Assembly: GCA_951406725.2 (NCBI GenBank)
Contig: OX597838.1
Coordinates: 24,056,001-24,120,000 of the forward strand
DNA: 64,000 nt
DNA from: Octopus vulgaris
Lineage: Eukaryota
Direction of reading: 5' to 3'
The position numbers were made by a program, and so were the translations under genes. Below, piece after piece: positions 1-11,504 of the stretch; positions within the stretch are counted from its first letter, which is position 1, and every line of letters starts with the position of its first letter. The notes under the pieces were generated by a model. That model saw only the letters and a program-made list of their open reading frames with translations. It did not search any database and was not told the origin of the DNA.

Positions 1-1287
1 CCTTTGCATTTGATTTTTTAATGTCTCTACCCTCATACTTTCGTGAGTTGAATTGAGCAAACACTATATGAGAGAGATTTTCTTTAAGTATTGGAGATAG
101 TTTTAAAAAAGTTTTTTTAGCTGCTATTTCTGATGAGTTCAGTATGCGGCAAAGTAATTTATTTTACTAAGCCCTTTTATATAATATATATATATATATA
201 TAATTTGTGTGTAATCTCCTTGTCTTGATATCACACAGTTGTAAATGAATGGAATTCTTTTTCTGCTATATGCTGCAAAAATATGTCTGGCTATAGAAAA
301 TCTGCTTCTGTAAACTCCATTTGACCCATGCAAGCATGGAGAAAGTGGTTGTTAAAATGATGATGAAGATTTTGTGTGTGTATGTGTGTGTGTATACACA
401 GACTGATGGAAGCAGATAACTACACAGCAAGATAAATAAAACATTACCGCAGACAAGACTCACTCGAAGAATACGACCGCACGTAGATTAAATGGCATAA
501 AATTATTGTCATTCTCAGTTTGTAGCATGGACAGACGGTAGACTGGTAACACAGTATGATAATGTCTAAATAAACTTTTGTATAATGAAACCTATTTATA
601 TGAAATATATAGAAAAAAAATATTGTTTCCACTTTGCTGTAACTTTGTTAGATTTTATTTCCCTAAGGTAAACAATGGATGCCTAAATCTGTTTGTAGCT
701 TTGAATACTCAATGAGATGTCTACATTTTTTTTTTTCTTTCCTATTCTAGCTGTTTTGTCCAGTTATTTTTCATTTCTATTCAGTGTAATGCTAAGGAGG
801 TAGGAATGATGGCTTCTGGTTTAGTAGGCACAGGGCCAGCAGTATTTATGGGAGTGGTGGAGCAATGTTAGTCGATATCATCACCTGCTGCTTCTCCCAG
901 TACTCGACTAGTGCTTTCGTTATATCAACCCCCGTGGGATGAAAAGCAAAGTTGACTCTCGCTGGCACTGAAACCAGAATCTAAAGAGCCAGAAATACTG
1001 CAAAGCATTTAAGGTGGGGAACTGGCAGAAATGTTAGCACACCGGGCAAAATACTTAGGGGTATTTTGTCCACCTTAACGTTCTGAATTCAAATTCCAGC
1101 TCACAGCCTTCTGCCATCTTATTAAAAATAATAGCAATAACGATGATTACAGAGATGTACTTGCATAGCAAGTGACCTGATCTGAGATTGTGTGCTGGGA
1201 CGAAAACAATTGCAGCATGGAAGGTGTTTGTAAGCCATTTAAGAAACACACAAAAACCGTTAAATTCACTTCAACATTTAAATTTAA

Positions 1288-1338
1288 TTTGTCAAAATAT
1301 CATCGTCGCTTTGAGACCGCGACCTGTTCACTGACAAA
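1288..1338 (-). ncRNA. Variant (G3-C8) hammerhead-like motif within a ~200-bp insert (about 1152-1352)
   Basis: UUUGUCA-GUGAACA-G-GUCGC-GGUCUCAAA-GCGAC-GAUG-AUAU-UU-UGACAAA; 7-bp stem I, 5-bp stem II; GAAA box mutated. Confidence 0.42.
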
Positions 1339-1994
1339 ATTCCGTGCTGCATAATAATAATAATAATAACAACCCTCTCTACCCTAAGCACTGGGAGTAA
1401 GAGGGGAAGTCAATTACATTGACCCTAGTACTCAGCTGGTATTTATTTTATCGGTCCTGAAAGGATGAAAAGCAAAGTCAATCTCGGCAGAATCTGAATT
1501 CAGAACTCAAATGATGGACAACATACTTGCCAGCATTTCATCCAGCGTTCAACAGTTCTGCCAACTTATCCCCTAATACTAATAACGATATCAGAGAACT
1601 AAAAACAATACACCCACGATATTCTCAGTCTATATATAACCATAGTAATTACTAGAGTATATTGTTTAGTGTCTCTTATCATGGCTATCAGCAACTATTG
1701 TTTGCTAATCATCTTTAATTAGTTTTGTTTTTGTTTGTTCTTTTACACTTAAACGCTGGTCTATAACTACACATGTTATGTATTCATGAAGCCCTTTATG
1801 TTATTTTAATATTTATATTTTTATATATATATTTTTTTGTCTTTTAGTATTAGTGATAATTGTTTTTGTTTTTTTCCTTGTTTTTTCTGAGCAGAGTAAG
1901 AATTAAGAGTAAATAAAGTAAAAATTAGAATAATTAAGCAAACAATAGAGTAGGAATTAGAATCACTTTATCATTTTCTTATTCTCTTTCACTC

Positions 1995-2183
1995 TTTTAT
2001 TCTTTCACTTGTTTCAGTCATTTGACTGTGGCCATGCTGGAGCACCGCCTTTAGTCGAGCAAATTGACCCCAGGACTTATTCTTTGTAAGCCTAGTACTT
2101 ATTCTATCGGTCTCTTTTGCCAAACTGCTAGGTTACAGGGAGGTAAAAACACACCAGCATCAGTTGTCAAACATATACACACA

Positions 2184-2225
<42 letters not shown>

Positions 2226-2392
2226 TACGATGGGCTTCTTTCAGTTTCCGTCCATCAAATCCACTCACAAGGCTTTGGTCAGCTCGAGGCTATAATAGAA
2301 GACACTTGCCTAAGGTGCCATGCAGTGGGACTGAACCCCGGAACCATGTGGTTGGTAAGCAAGCTACTTACCACACAGCCACTCCTATGCCT
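1995..2392 (-). mobile_element. SINE family A copy
   Basis: Reverse complement of 59248-59669. Confidence 0.88.
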
Positions 2393-3264
2393 ATAATAAT
2401 AATAATAATAGTAATAATGATAATAATAATAATAATAGTAATAATAGTAATGATAATAATAATAATAATGAAATTATATACTGTATACAGGCACATATGA
2501 CTGTGTGGCTGAGAAATTTGCTTCTAAACCATGTGGTTTTGAGTTCAGTCCCCCTGGAGGCACCTTGGGCAAGTGTTTCCTACTATAGTCCTAGGCCTTG
2601 TGAGTGGATTTTGTAGACAAAAACTGAAAGAAGCCCATTGCAGCTAAAGTAATGGGGTTAAATCATTCACATAAATAATTCTGCAAGGTGGTGTTCCATC
2701 ATGGCTGCAGTCTAATGACTGAAACAATTAAAAGATAAAAGATATATGATGATGATCATCATCATCATTTAACAAGAGCTGGCCAGGTAGAAGACTACCC
2801 AAGGCTGTTGTGTCTGTTCTGGCAGGGATTTTATGGCTGGATGCCCTTCCTAACACCAACCACCCCACAGAGTGGACTGAATACTTTTTATGTGGCACCA
2901 GCACAGGCGAGGTCAGTTTTAGCAGGGTTTTTACTGCTGGATGCCCTTCCAAATGCCAACCACTTCACAGTGTGGACTGGATGCTTTTTACATGGCACCA
3001 GCACTGGCAGGGTCACCAAATAAATTGCAAGACATGGGATTTTGAAAGGGGAGGAGGCATTGGAGGAGTTGATCTTGTGTCAGATAATGAAAGATTAGAA
3101 TGTGACAGAGAGACAGAGAGGCAGAAACAGATGTCTTGCTATAGAGGAGGTACATGGTTACCCAGCCAAGAGAGAGAGAGAGGGAAAGATAGAGAGAAAG
3201 TTTTGTGTTTGGTTTGCAAGATTCTTTATGTGAACCCATGTGTTGAAACATATTTTGTTGCAAC

Positions 3265-3597
3265 TTGGGAGGGTCATTATGCCAATAATAAATACACACA
3301 CTGGTTCCATTTCACTTCTTTTATTATTCATCAATCGGTTGACTATTTAATCAATTATGTAATCAGTTGTTGGATTCATCATTCAGTTAATCAAATCAAT
3401 CAATCAATCAATCATATCATTGATGAGGTTGCAAATGGCAATGAAAGGATTTTGATAAGTACAACTGATTGATTAACCAAATAATTAATGAAACGATTAG
3501 TTTATTAGTTACATAGGTAACCAGTTAATGAATAATAAGGAAGTAAAATAGAACCAGTGTTTGTATATGTTTATTACTGGCATAATGACCCTCCCAA
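3265..3597. mobile_element. Foldback/MITE-like element with long imperfect inverted arms
   Basis: TTGGGAGGGTCATTATGCCA ... TGGCATAATGACCCTCCCAA termini; arms pair imperfectly for more than 100 bp. Confidence 0.7.
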
Positions 3598-4288
3598 TAT
3601 AAAAACAATAAGATATAATCTATAAATTAGCATTAAAAAAACTTGATGTGGGTGGTTTTAACACAATTTCCTAGTTTGATATCAATCTGTTAATCCGTCT
3701 TAATTAGCTTGCTTAGCTGAATTCATTATACTTCCTATTCTTAGAATTTTTATGCTAATCCATCAATGGATCATATATGTGTCACGGACAAGTGGTTAAG
3801 GAGTTTACTTAGAAATTATGTGGCTCCGGATCCAGTTTCACCTGAACAAGTTGTCTTTGACATCAGCCTTGAGTCAGCCTAAGCCTATTCAGTGAAGATT
3901 GTTTGATAGAAATTGAGCCGAATCCTGTTAGAGGGATCGTTCTTGTTCTTGGATGGCAATTGAACCCATTCCCTTGGTTTAGATTAAAACTTGGTCCTTG
4001 GATGTATTTATGGGAATAAATTCCCTTGCAAACAATGAGGTCAGGTCTCTGGATCCAGAATAACTTCATATCCTCTTGCGCCAGTCTTGGAGACCCATAC
4101 AGAAATCATGTCCATTGCATGTCTTTCTATAACTAAGTGTTAAAGGGATTGTGTGTGTGTTTGTGTCTGTGTTTGTCCCTCCACCACTGCTTAACAAAAA
4201 ATAAGTACTGGGGTATATCAATTCAACTAAAATTTCTTCACGGTAGTGCCCCAGTATGGTTGCAGTCTAATGACTGAAACAAATAAAA

Positions 4289-4367
<79 letters not shown>

Positions 4368-4370
<3 letters not shown>

Positions 4371-4498
4371 TCATCATCATTGTTCGACCGTGGTCGAGAC
4401 AATGGAATTTACCATGCTACGCCAGACTTCACGGTCCATCATGGCATTACGGAGGTCCTGTTGCTGGATGCCTGTATCCCTGGAGATTACATCAGGGT
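4368..4498 (-). mobile_element. Short RTE-like LINE 3' end
   Basis: [33 protein letters not shown] followed by a (GAT)n tail adjoining (TA)n. Confidence 0.7.
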
Positions 4499-4769
4499 AG
4501 GAGAGTGTGTGTGATGCATGTGTGTGTATTTGGAATGGCATCGAGCTGTAAAAACCTTGCCAAAACTGACCTTGCCTGTGCTTGTACCACTTAAAAAGCA
4601 CTAAGTTCACTCTGTTGAGTGGTTGGTGTTAGGAAGGGCATCCAGCTGTGAAAATCCTACCAAAACAGTCACAGAAGTCTGGTGCAGGCTTCTGCCTGGC
4701 TGGCTCTTGTGAAACCATCTCACTGCATGGACGGCAGACGTTAAACGATGATGATGATGATTATGTATG

Positions 4770-4826
<57 letters not shown>

Positions 4827-5028
4827 ATGTTTGTGTGTCTGTGTTTGTCCTCCCACCATCACTTAACAATTAATGTTGGTGTGTTTACAGTCCCATAATT
4901 TAGCGGTTTGGCAAAAGGGACCAATAAAATAAGTACTAGGTGTACAAAGAATTAGTCCTGGGGTCAATTCTTTTGACTAAAGGCAGTGCTCCAGCATGGC
5001 CGCAGTCAAATGACTGAAACAAATAAAA

Positions 5029-5076
<48 letters not shown>

Positions 5077-5104
5077 GACTGGTGTGTAAAGAAATGGCAA
5101 TCTC

Positions 5105-5641
5105 TTACTGTAGCGGGAACCTGTGGAAGGGAACCCAAGAAGACAGGGAACAGGCTAGTGAAGCATGATCTTCAAACATTGGGCCTCACAGAGACAATGG
5201 TAAGTGACAGAGACCTTTGGCGATGTGCCATGCTTGAGAAAAGTCGTCAAGTGAAACTGTAGTCATGGCCGATGCCAGTGTCGTACAATTTGCACCCCAT
5301 GCCAGTGATTGATTGATTGATTGATTTGATTAACTGAATGATGAATCCGACAACTGATTACTCAATTGGTTAAATAGTCAACCAATTGATGAATAATAAA
5401 AGAAGTGAAATGGAATCAGTGTGTGTATTTATTATTGGCATAATGACCCTCCCAAGTTGCAACAAAATATGTTTCAGCACATGTAAAAAGCACCCATTAC
5501 ACTCTTGCAGTGGTTGGCATTAGGAAGGGCATCCAGCTGTAGAAACCATGCCAAATCAGATTGGGACCTAGTGCAGCCTCACCAGCTTACCAGTTTCAGT
5601 CAAACTGTTTAACCCATGCCAGCATGGAAAACGGACGTTAA

Positions 5642-5675
<34 letters not shown>
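5105..5675 (+). mobile_element. RTE 3' fragment plus 3' UTR, interrupted by a templated insertion at 5306-5483
   Basis: Similar to 6925-7110 and to the common GGAAGGGCATCCAGCTGTAGAAAC...(GAT)n tail. Confidence 0.7.
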
Positions 5676-5677
<2 letters not shown>

Positions 5678-6619
5678 CAAACGGATGTACGTGTCTGTTT
5701 CAGAATTGTTCTCCCATGGAAGGAGCCATGATCTGAAATTACCTGTTGCAACTGAAACAGTCACATCAGAAAAGAACTATTTTAGTCATTTAAAACACAC
5801 ATAAAAACAAAAACTTGTTAAATTCACTATTAATTTATTTCTTGAGAGGTGTCAAAATTTCTCACCAGACGACTGCAATCAGATTCATCACCAGAGATTT
5901 ACTGCACGTAAAATCTGTCAGTGACCGGGTCATAGTAGTGCAGCAGAAATTTTGTCACCTCAACAAATAAATTAATAGGGAATCTAATAGTTTTTAAATA
6001 GCTAAAATGATTCTTTCACAATGCAGCTGTTTTATATCATCTTCACCATTTTAACACTTGATTCTTTTCCTATGCTTTCGTGGCTCAAAGGAGTCTATGT
6101 TGGAACAGTTTTCAATGGAAGATGCCTTGTCATCCATCAACCTCTTATTTCCAAGTGAGGATAATCGTTTTCCAGACTATCAAACATCCTGGACATGTAC
6201 ACACACACACACTTCTCTGTGTATATATACACACACACATACACGCACATATATATATACACACACACACTTCTCTGTGTGCGTGTATGTATATATATAT
6301 GTATATGTGTGTGTGTGTATATATATATATATAGAGTGTTAGGTGTGGTGTACAGAAATTGGATATTGAGAAAAAAGTCGTCAAAATTTTGAAAAAAAAA
6401 TCATTTTATTCTTCATTATTATTAGCATTTTCATTCATTTCTCGAATTTTATATATATATAGATATATACACACTCTCATGTATGTATATACATTGAAAT
6501 CTGGCTAAACTTGGTATGTCTTCACTCACTTCATTGATGCTGGAATGAGAGGGTCAATCCATATTCCACATCTTGTTATATTTTTCTCTAAATCAAATTT
6601 CAAATTTACTTCTGTTGGC

Positions 6620-7135
6620 AACAAAGTGTTTCTCCCTCAGAGTGAAGGGCAGATTGTATGATGCCAGTGTGCAAACAGCCATGCTACACAGCAGTGAAAC
6701 ATGGGCTATGACTGCAGAGGACATGTAAAGACTTGAAAGAATGAATTTAGTTCGCCCCACTGGATGTGCAATGTCAGTGTGCATGTACGACAAAGTTTAA
6801 GTGCCTTTGGGAGAAAAACTGGGCATAAGAGGCATCAGGGGTGGTGTGCAAGAGAGATAGATGCAGTAGTATGGTTATATGATGCATATGGATGAGGACA
6901 GCTGTGTAAAGAAGTGCCAGTTTCTAACTGTGGAGGGAACCTGTGGAAGAGGTAGAGCTAGGAAGACATGGGATAAGGTGTTGAAGCATGGTCTTTGAAT
7001 GTAGGGTTTCATGGAGGTGATGATAAGTGATATGACCTTTGGCAATATGCTGTGCTTGAGAAGACTCATCAAGCCAAGTGAAACCATTGTTGTGACCGGT
7101 GCTGGTGACATGTAACAGCATCCATACCAATGATG
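6620..7135 (+). mobile_element. RTE-clade LINE 3' fragment (RT C-terminus), interrupted by the mariner; 3' UTR resumes at about 8762-8964 with a (GAT)n tail
   Basis: Translates FSLRVKGRLYDASVQTAMLHSSETWAMTAEDM, homologous to the copy at 52702-52995; contains stops and frameshifts. Confidence 0.8.
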
Positions 7136-7137
7136 TA

Positions 7138-8759
7138 TTGGGTCAGGGAATAATTCATGAGAGTTTTTTTTCAGATTTATTTTAAACTAAAAAAACTACA
7201 ACAAATTAATCAATAGTACTCTCCATTGTGAAGGCGCATGGCTCAGTGGTTAGAGTGTCGATCTTACGACCGTGAGATTGTGAGTTTGAATCCTGGGCCG
7301 GGCTGTGTGTTGTGTTCTTGAGCAAGACACTTTATTTCGCATTGCTCCAGTTCACTCAGCTGCAGAAATGAGTTGCATTATCACTGGTGCCAATCTGTAT
7401 TGGCCTTTGCCTTTCCTTTGGATAAAATCGGTGGTGTGGAGAGGGGAGTCTGGTATGCATGTGCAATTGCTGGCCTTCTATAAACAAACTTTCCCAGACT
7501 TGTACTTGGAGGGTATCTTTCTAGGTGCAATCCCATGGTCATTCATGACCGAAGGGGGTCTCCGCACTCTCCATTGTTGTTTACAACTTCCTCCTATGAT
7601 TCAATAAGTTTTTCGATGCCTCAGCCATACAAACCTCCTGGTCTTGACTCAAAGAATTTATCAAACCAAGCCTTCAATTCCATGTAATTATTGAACAATA
7701 CACTATGTAAAACATTCGAAAGTGATTGAAAGAGATGAAAATCTAATGGCGCCAAGTCTGGAGAGTATGGAGGATGAGGCAGCACTTCTCGTTCGAGTTC
7801 TTGAATCATGGCTTTGGTCATATTGGCAAAGTGAGGACGGCGTTGTCATGTTGCGGAAGAACTCCATTTTACATATTCCAGTCTTTTTTGCTGAATAGCT
7901 TCATTGAATCGGTGCTGTTGTTGAGTGTAGAGTGTTTAGTTGTGCTCAAGCAGATTGTGATGAATTATGCCTTCCTAGTCCCACCATACACACAACATGG
8001 TCTTTTGAGGATGAAGGTCTTGTTTTGCTCACAGAGTCACTTGTTTGTCAAGGCTGAGCCATTCTTTTCATTGCTTCATCTTGGAGGAAAGGCACCATTT
8101 TTCATTGCCAGTGACAATGCGGTAAAGACAACACTGTTTGTGACCATGTGTTGAGTGATGTCGAGTGAGCAGACTGGCAGCAATTTTGGAGTGTTGATTT
8201 TTGTTGTTTTCACTCAAAGTGTGTGGCACCCAGGTGCCTAGTTTCTGAACCTTGCTCATTGAGTGAAGGTGGTTCACCACCGTTTTTTATCACAATCCAT
8301 CTGCTTCACCAATTCTCTGGTTGTTTGATGTGGATTTTCGTAAAGAAGTTGATTCAATCACTCTTCATCAAACTCAATTGGTTAACCAGTGTGTGATCCA
8401 TCCTTGAGGTCCAAATTCCCATTTTTTGAAGCATGAAAACCAACAGCAAGCAGTACTTTGAGGCATTGCTCCTTCTCTGTACACAGCACAGATCTCACAA
8501 GCGGCTTCAATGGCCTTAACACCTCAATTAAATGCAAAAAGCAAATGGTGTCGAAAATACTCAGTTTTATCCACTTGACATTCCATTTTAATGATTTGAA
8601 AGTATACAAAAATCAATAAAATTAAATAAAATAAAAATATATTATCTTGTAGAGCAAAAAATTCTCTTTTAATATAAAACATTTTATGAATGTGTTTTAT
8701 TTTTGCGTTCATTTTTAAATTTGAAAAAAAAAATGCTCATGAATTATTCCTCAACCCAA
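7138..8759 (-). mobile_element. Decayed full-length mariner (DD34D) DNA transposon with a nested SINE
   Basis: TIRs TTGGGTCAGGGAATAATTCATGAG / CTCATGAATTATTCCTCAACCCAA flanked by TA. Minus-strand transposase fragments WVPHTLSE, IVTGNEKW, PHPPYSPDLAPLDFHLF. About 1.27 kb after removing the SINE; frameshifted. Confidence 0.93.
7230..7565 (+). mobile_element. tRNA-derived SINE with CORE-like domain (family C), nested in the mariner
   Basis: A box TGGCTCAGTGG, B box GTTTGAATCC, GTGTTCTTGAGCAAGACACTT; 12-bp TSD ACTCTCCATTGT at 7218-7229 and 7566-7577. Confidence 0.9.
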
Positions 8760-8918
8760 TAAACAGCACCCACTAACATTCTCAGAGTGGTTGGTCCAAG
8801 GAAGGGCATCCAGCTGTAGAAACCAAGCCAAAACCAGATTGGATCTTGGTGCAGTAGTCTGGCTTACCAGTTCCAGTCAAACTGTCTAACCCATGCCAGC
8901 ATGGAAAGCAGATGCTAA

Positions 8919-8964
<46 letters not shown>

Positions 8965-8966
<2 letters not shown>

Positions 8967-9052
8967 CACCTGAAGAAAAGGTTGTTTTTTTTTTCATAAT
9001 GTAATCAAAATTATTCGTTAATAAAAATTGTGTCTGAAATAGCTGTAGTGAA
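8965..9052 (+). ncRNA. Type-I hammerhead ribozyme motif (homologue of 30210-30295), weak stem II
   Basis: UUCAC-CUGAAGA-[59 nt]-GAAA-UAGCUG-UA-GUGAA; perfect 5-bp stem I. Confidence 0.65.
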
Positions 9053-10664
9053 CCTTTAACCCATTTGTGCTCTTATATATATATATATGTACATATATGT
9101 ATATATACGTGTGTGTGCATGTGTGTGTATGCGTGCATGTGTGTGTGTATAATTGATTTATCAATAAGTTTCCTTAAATTGCACAATGAAAAACACCAAT
9201 ACGTTAATTGAAAAAAAAAATGACTTAATAATTTATTAGAGTTTTGTTTTTTATTCAATAATGGAGGCAACTGTTACTTTAAACTTTTGACATGACTGGC
9301 TTTACCTACACCACCCCCATACACGCACACATGCGCATCAATTTTGACTGCGTAATGCAGCTATTTTCACAAGAGTGTTATAGTAAAAACAAAAATGGCC
9401 ACCACTCTCAATTGTTTATGATCTGATAACATATACCATGCTTTTGCTAATTGTTCTAGGTGCTTATCTAATCTCAAGGGGACATAGACACCAGCCCCTT
9501 CTACCCTCCCATCCCTTGAACCCGGAGCAATATCAAGGATGTGAGAGTAGGATGGAGAAAGGGTTGAAGGAGTATCAGGCCGGTACTCAGTTTCACCTGA
9601 GTAGACTGTAACAATGCAAAATGAATGCCTTGCTCAATCAACACAAATCCCTGCCCAATCCAGGAATTCAGCACACTACCTCATGGTCTTGAAGCCATTA
9701 CTGTAATCACTAAGGCCACAGTTGATTCAAACAATCCTGCAGTGGTGGGAAGCAATGGCAGAATGGTTAGCATGCCAGGCAAAATTCTTAGCGGTATTTC
9801 GTCTGCCGCTACATTCTGAGTTCAAATTCCGCCGAGGTCGACTTTGCCTTTCATCCATTCAGGGTCGATAAATTAAGTACCAGTTACGCACTGGGGTCGA
9901 TGTAATCGACTTAATACCTATGTCTGTCCTTGTTTGTCCCCCTCTATGTTTGGCCCCTTGTGGGTAATAAAGAAATAGGTAATCCTTGTGGATTTTAATT
10001 CTTGTCTTGCAAGTTTCTTGATGACCATACCAGTAATGGTGTTGCAAAAAAAAAAAAACAGCCCCATACACATTGTAATGGGGTTGGTTTTAGGAAGGGC
10101 ATCCAGTCATAGAAACCATGCCAAAGCTGATGCTGGAGCTTGGTACAGTCCTGCAGCTCATTGCATCCTGACAAACTGTCCAACCCATGCCTGCATGGAA
10201 AACAGACATTAAATGTTGATGATGCTAGATAGAGAAAAATCTGAATGTAAAGAGACGTTTTGTTTGCCAATCTACAGACTATATTCTTTTGTTTTGTTTT
10301 GTTTTGTTTTTTTGCTGGTTTCAATCATAGGTTTATGACCAGCCTGGAGTGGGGTGGGGTTAAGCCAAGATATATTTTGACAAACATCAGTTTTACATTA
10401 GACACAGATGCAGATATGGTTGTGGACTCACACATACACACACACATACACACTTATACACACACAGGTACACATACATACATATACATACATACACACG
10501 TACACATACACACACTAAAGCATACACACACACACACACTTCTCTGCAGTTTCCATCAAAAATTCCCACTATAAGACCATTGTCTAATCCAAGGCCACGG
10601 TCAGAGACACTTGCTCAAGGGGCTGTGCAGTAGGACTGAACGATTTTGTCATTGACAGTGGCTG

Positions 10665-11105
10665 TGTCTGTTTTGGCATGGATTTTACAGCTGGATGTCC
10701 TTCCTAACGCCAACCACCCCATAGTGTGGACTGAGTGCTTTTTACGTGGCACCAGCACAAGTGAGGTCAGTTTTGGTATGGTTTTTTCAGCTGGATGCCC
10801 TTCCAAACACCAACCACCTTGCGGAGTAGACTGGATGCATTTTACATGGTACCAGTACAGGCGAGGTCAGTTTTGGAATGGTTTTTACAGCTGGATGCCC
10901 TTCCAAACACTGACCACCTTGCAGAGTGGACTGAATGCTTTTTACATGGTACCGGTACAGGCGAGGTCAGTTTTAGCATAGTTTTTCAGCTGGATGCCCT
11001 TCCAAACATTGACCACCCTGCAGAGTGGACTGGATGCTTTTTACATGGCACCAGTAAAGGTGAGGTCAATTTTTGGCATGGTTTTCACAGCTGGATGCCC
11101 TTCTA
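10665..11105. repeat. 100-bp tandem array (about 4.3 units) derived from the RTE 3' UTR
   Basis: TTTT(G/A)G.AT anchor at 10671, 10771, 10871, 10971, 11071; each unit contains CAGCTGGATG.CCTTCC. Confidence 0.9.
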
Positions 11106-11471
11106 AACATGAAGAGACATGTATTTAAAAAGGTGTTTCAAGTATGTTTCTTTCACCCTGTATTAGAAAACACTTATTTTAGAATATTGGTGATTTTGAT
11201 TAAAAACAAGGACAATATCTTTAAACAATATGTTGCTTGAAAAATAAAAAAACAACATATTTTATTATTATTATTATTACATAATTAAAGCAATATATAT
11301 TATTGCTCATAAAGGTGCAGGCAATGCTGTGTGGTTAAGAAGCTTTTTTAGCAACCATGTGGTATTGGGTTCAGTCCCATTGTGTAGCCCCTTGGGCAAG
11401 TGTCTTCTACTATAGCCCTGAGCCAACCAATGCCTTGTGAGTGAATTTGGTAGATGAAAACTGTGTGTAAG

Positions 11472-11504
<33 letters not shown>

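Noticed and set aside
130-160. Isolated CTGATGA words (also minus strand at 20064-20070 and 34445-34451; CTGAGGA at 58745)
   Set aside because: No compatible GAAA, stem III and stem I, so not called hammerheads.
2810-3472. 220-aa ORF (and the 192-aa ORF at 21640-22218)
   Set aside because: Read-through across RTE-tail repeats, microsatellites, MITE and SINE pieces; no coherent protein.
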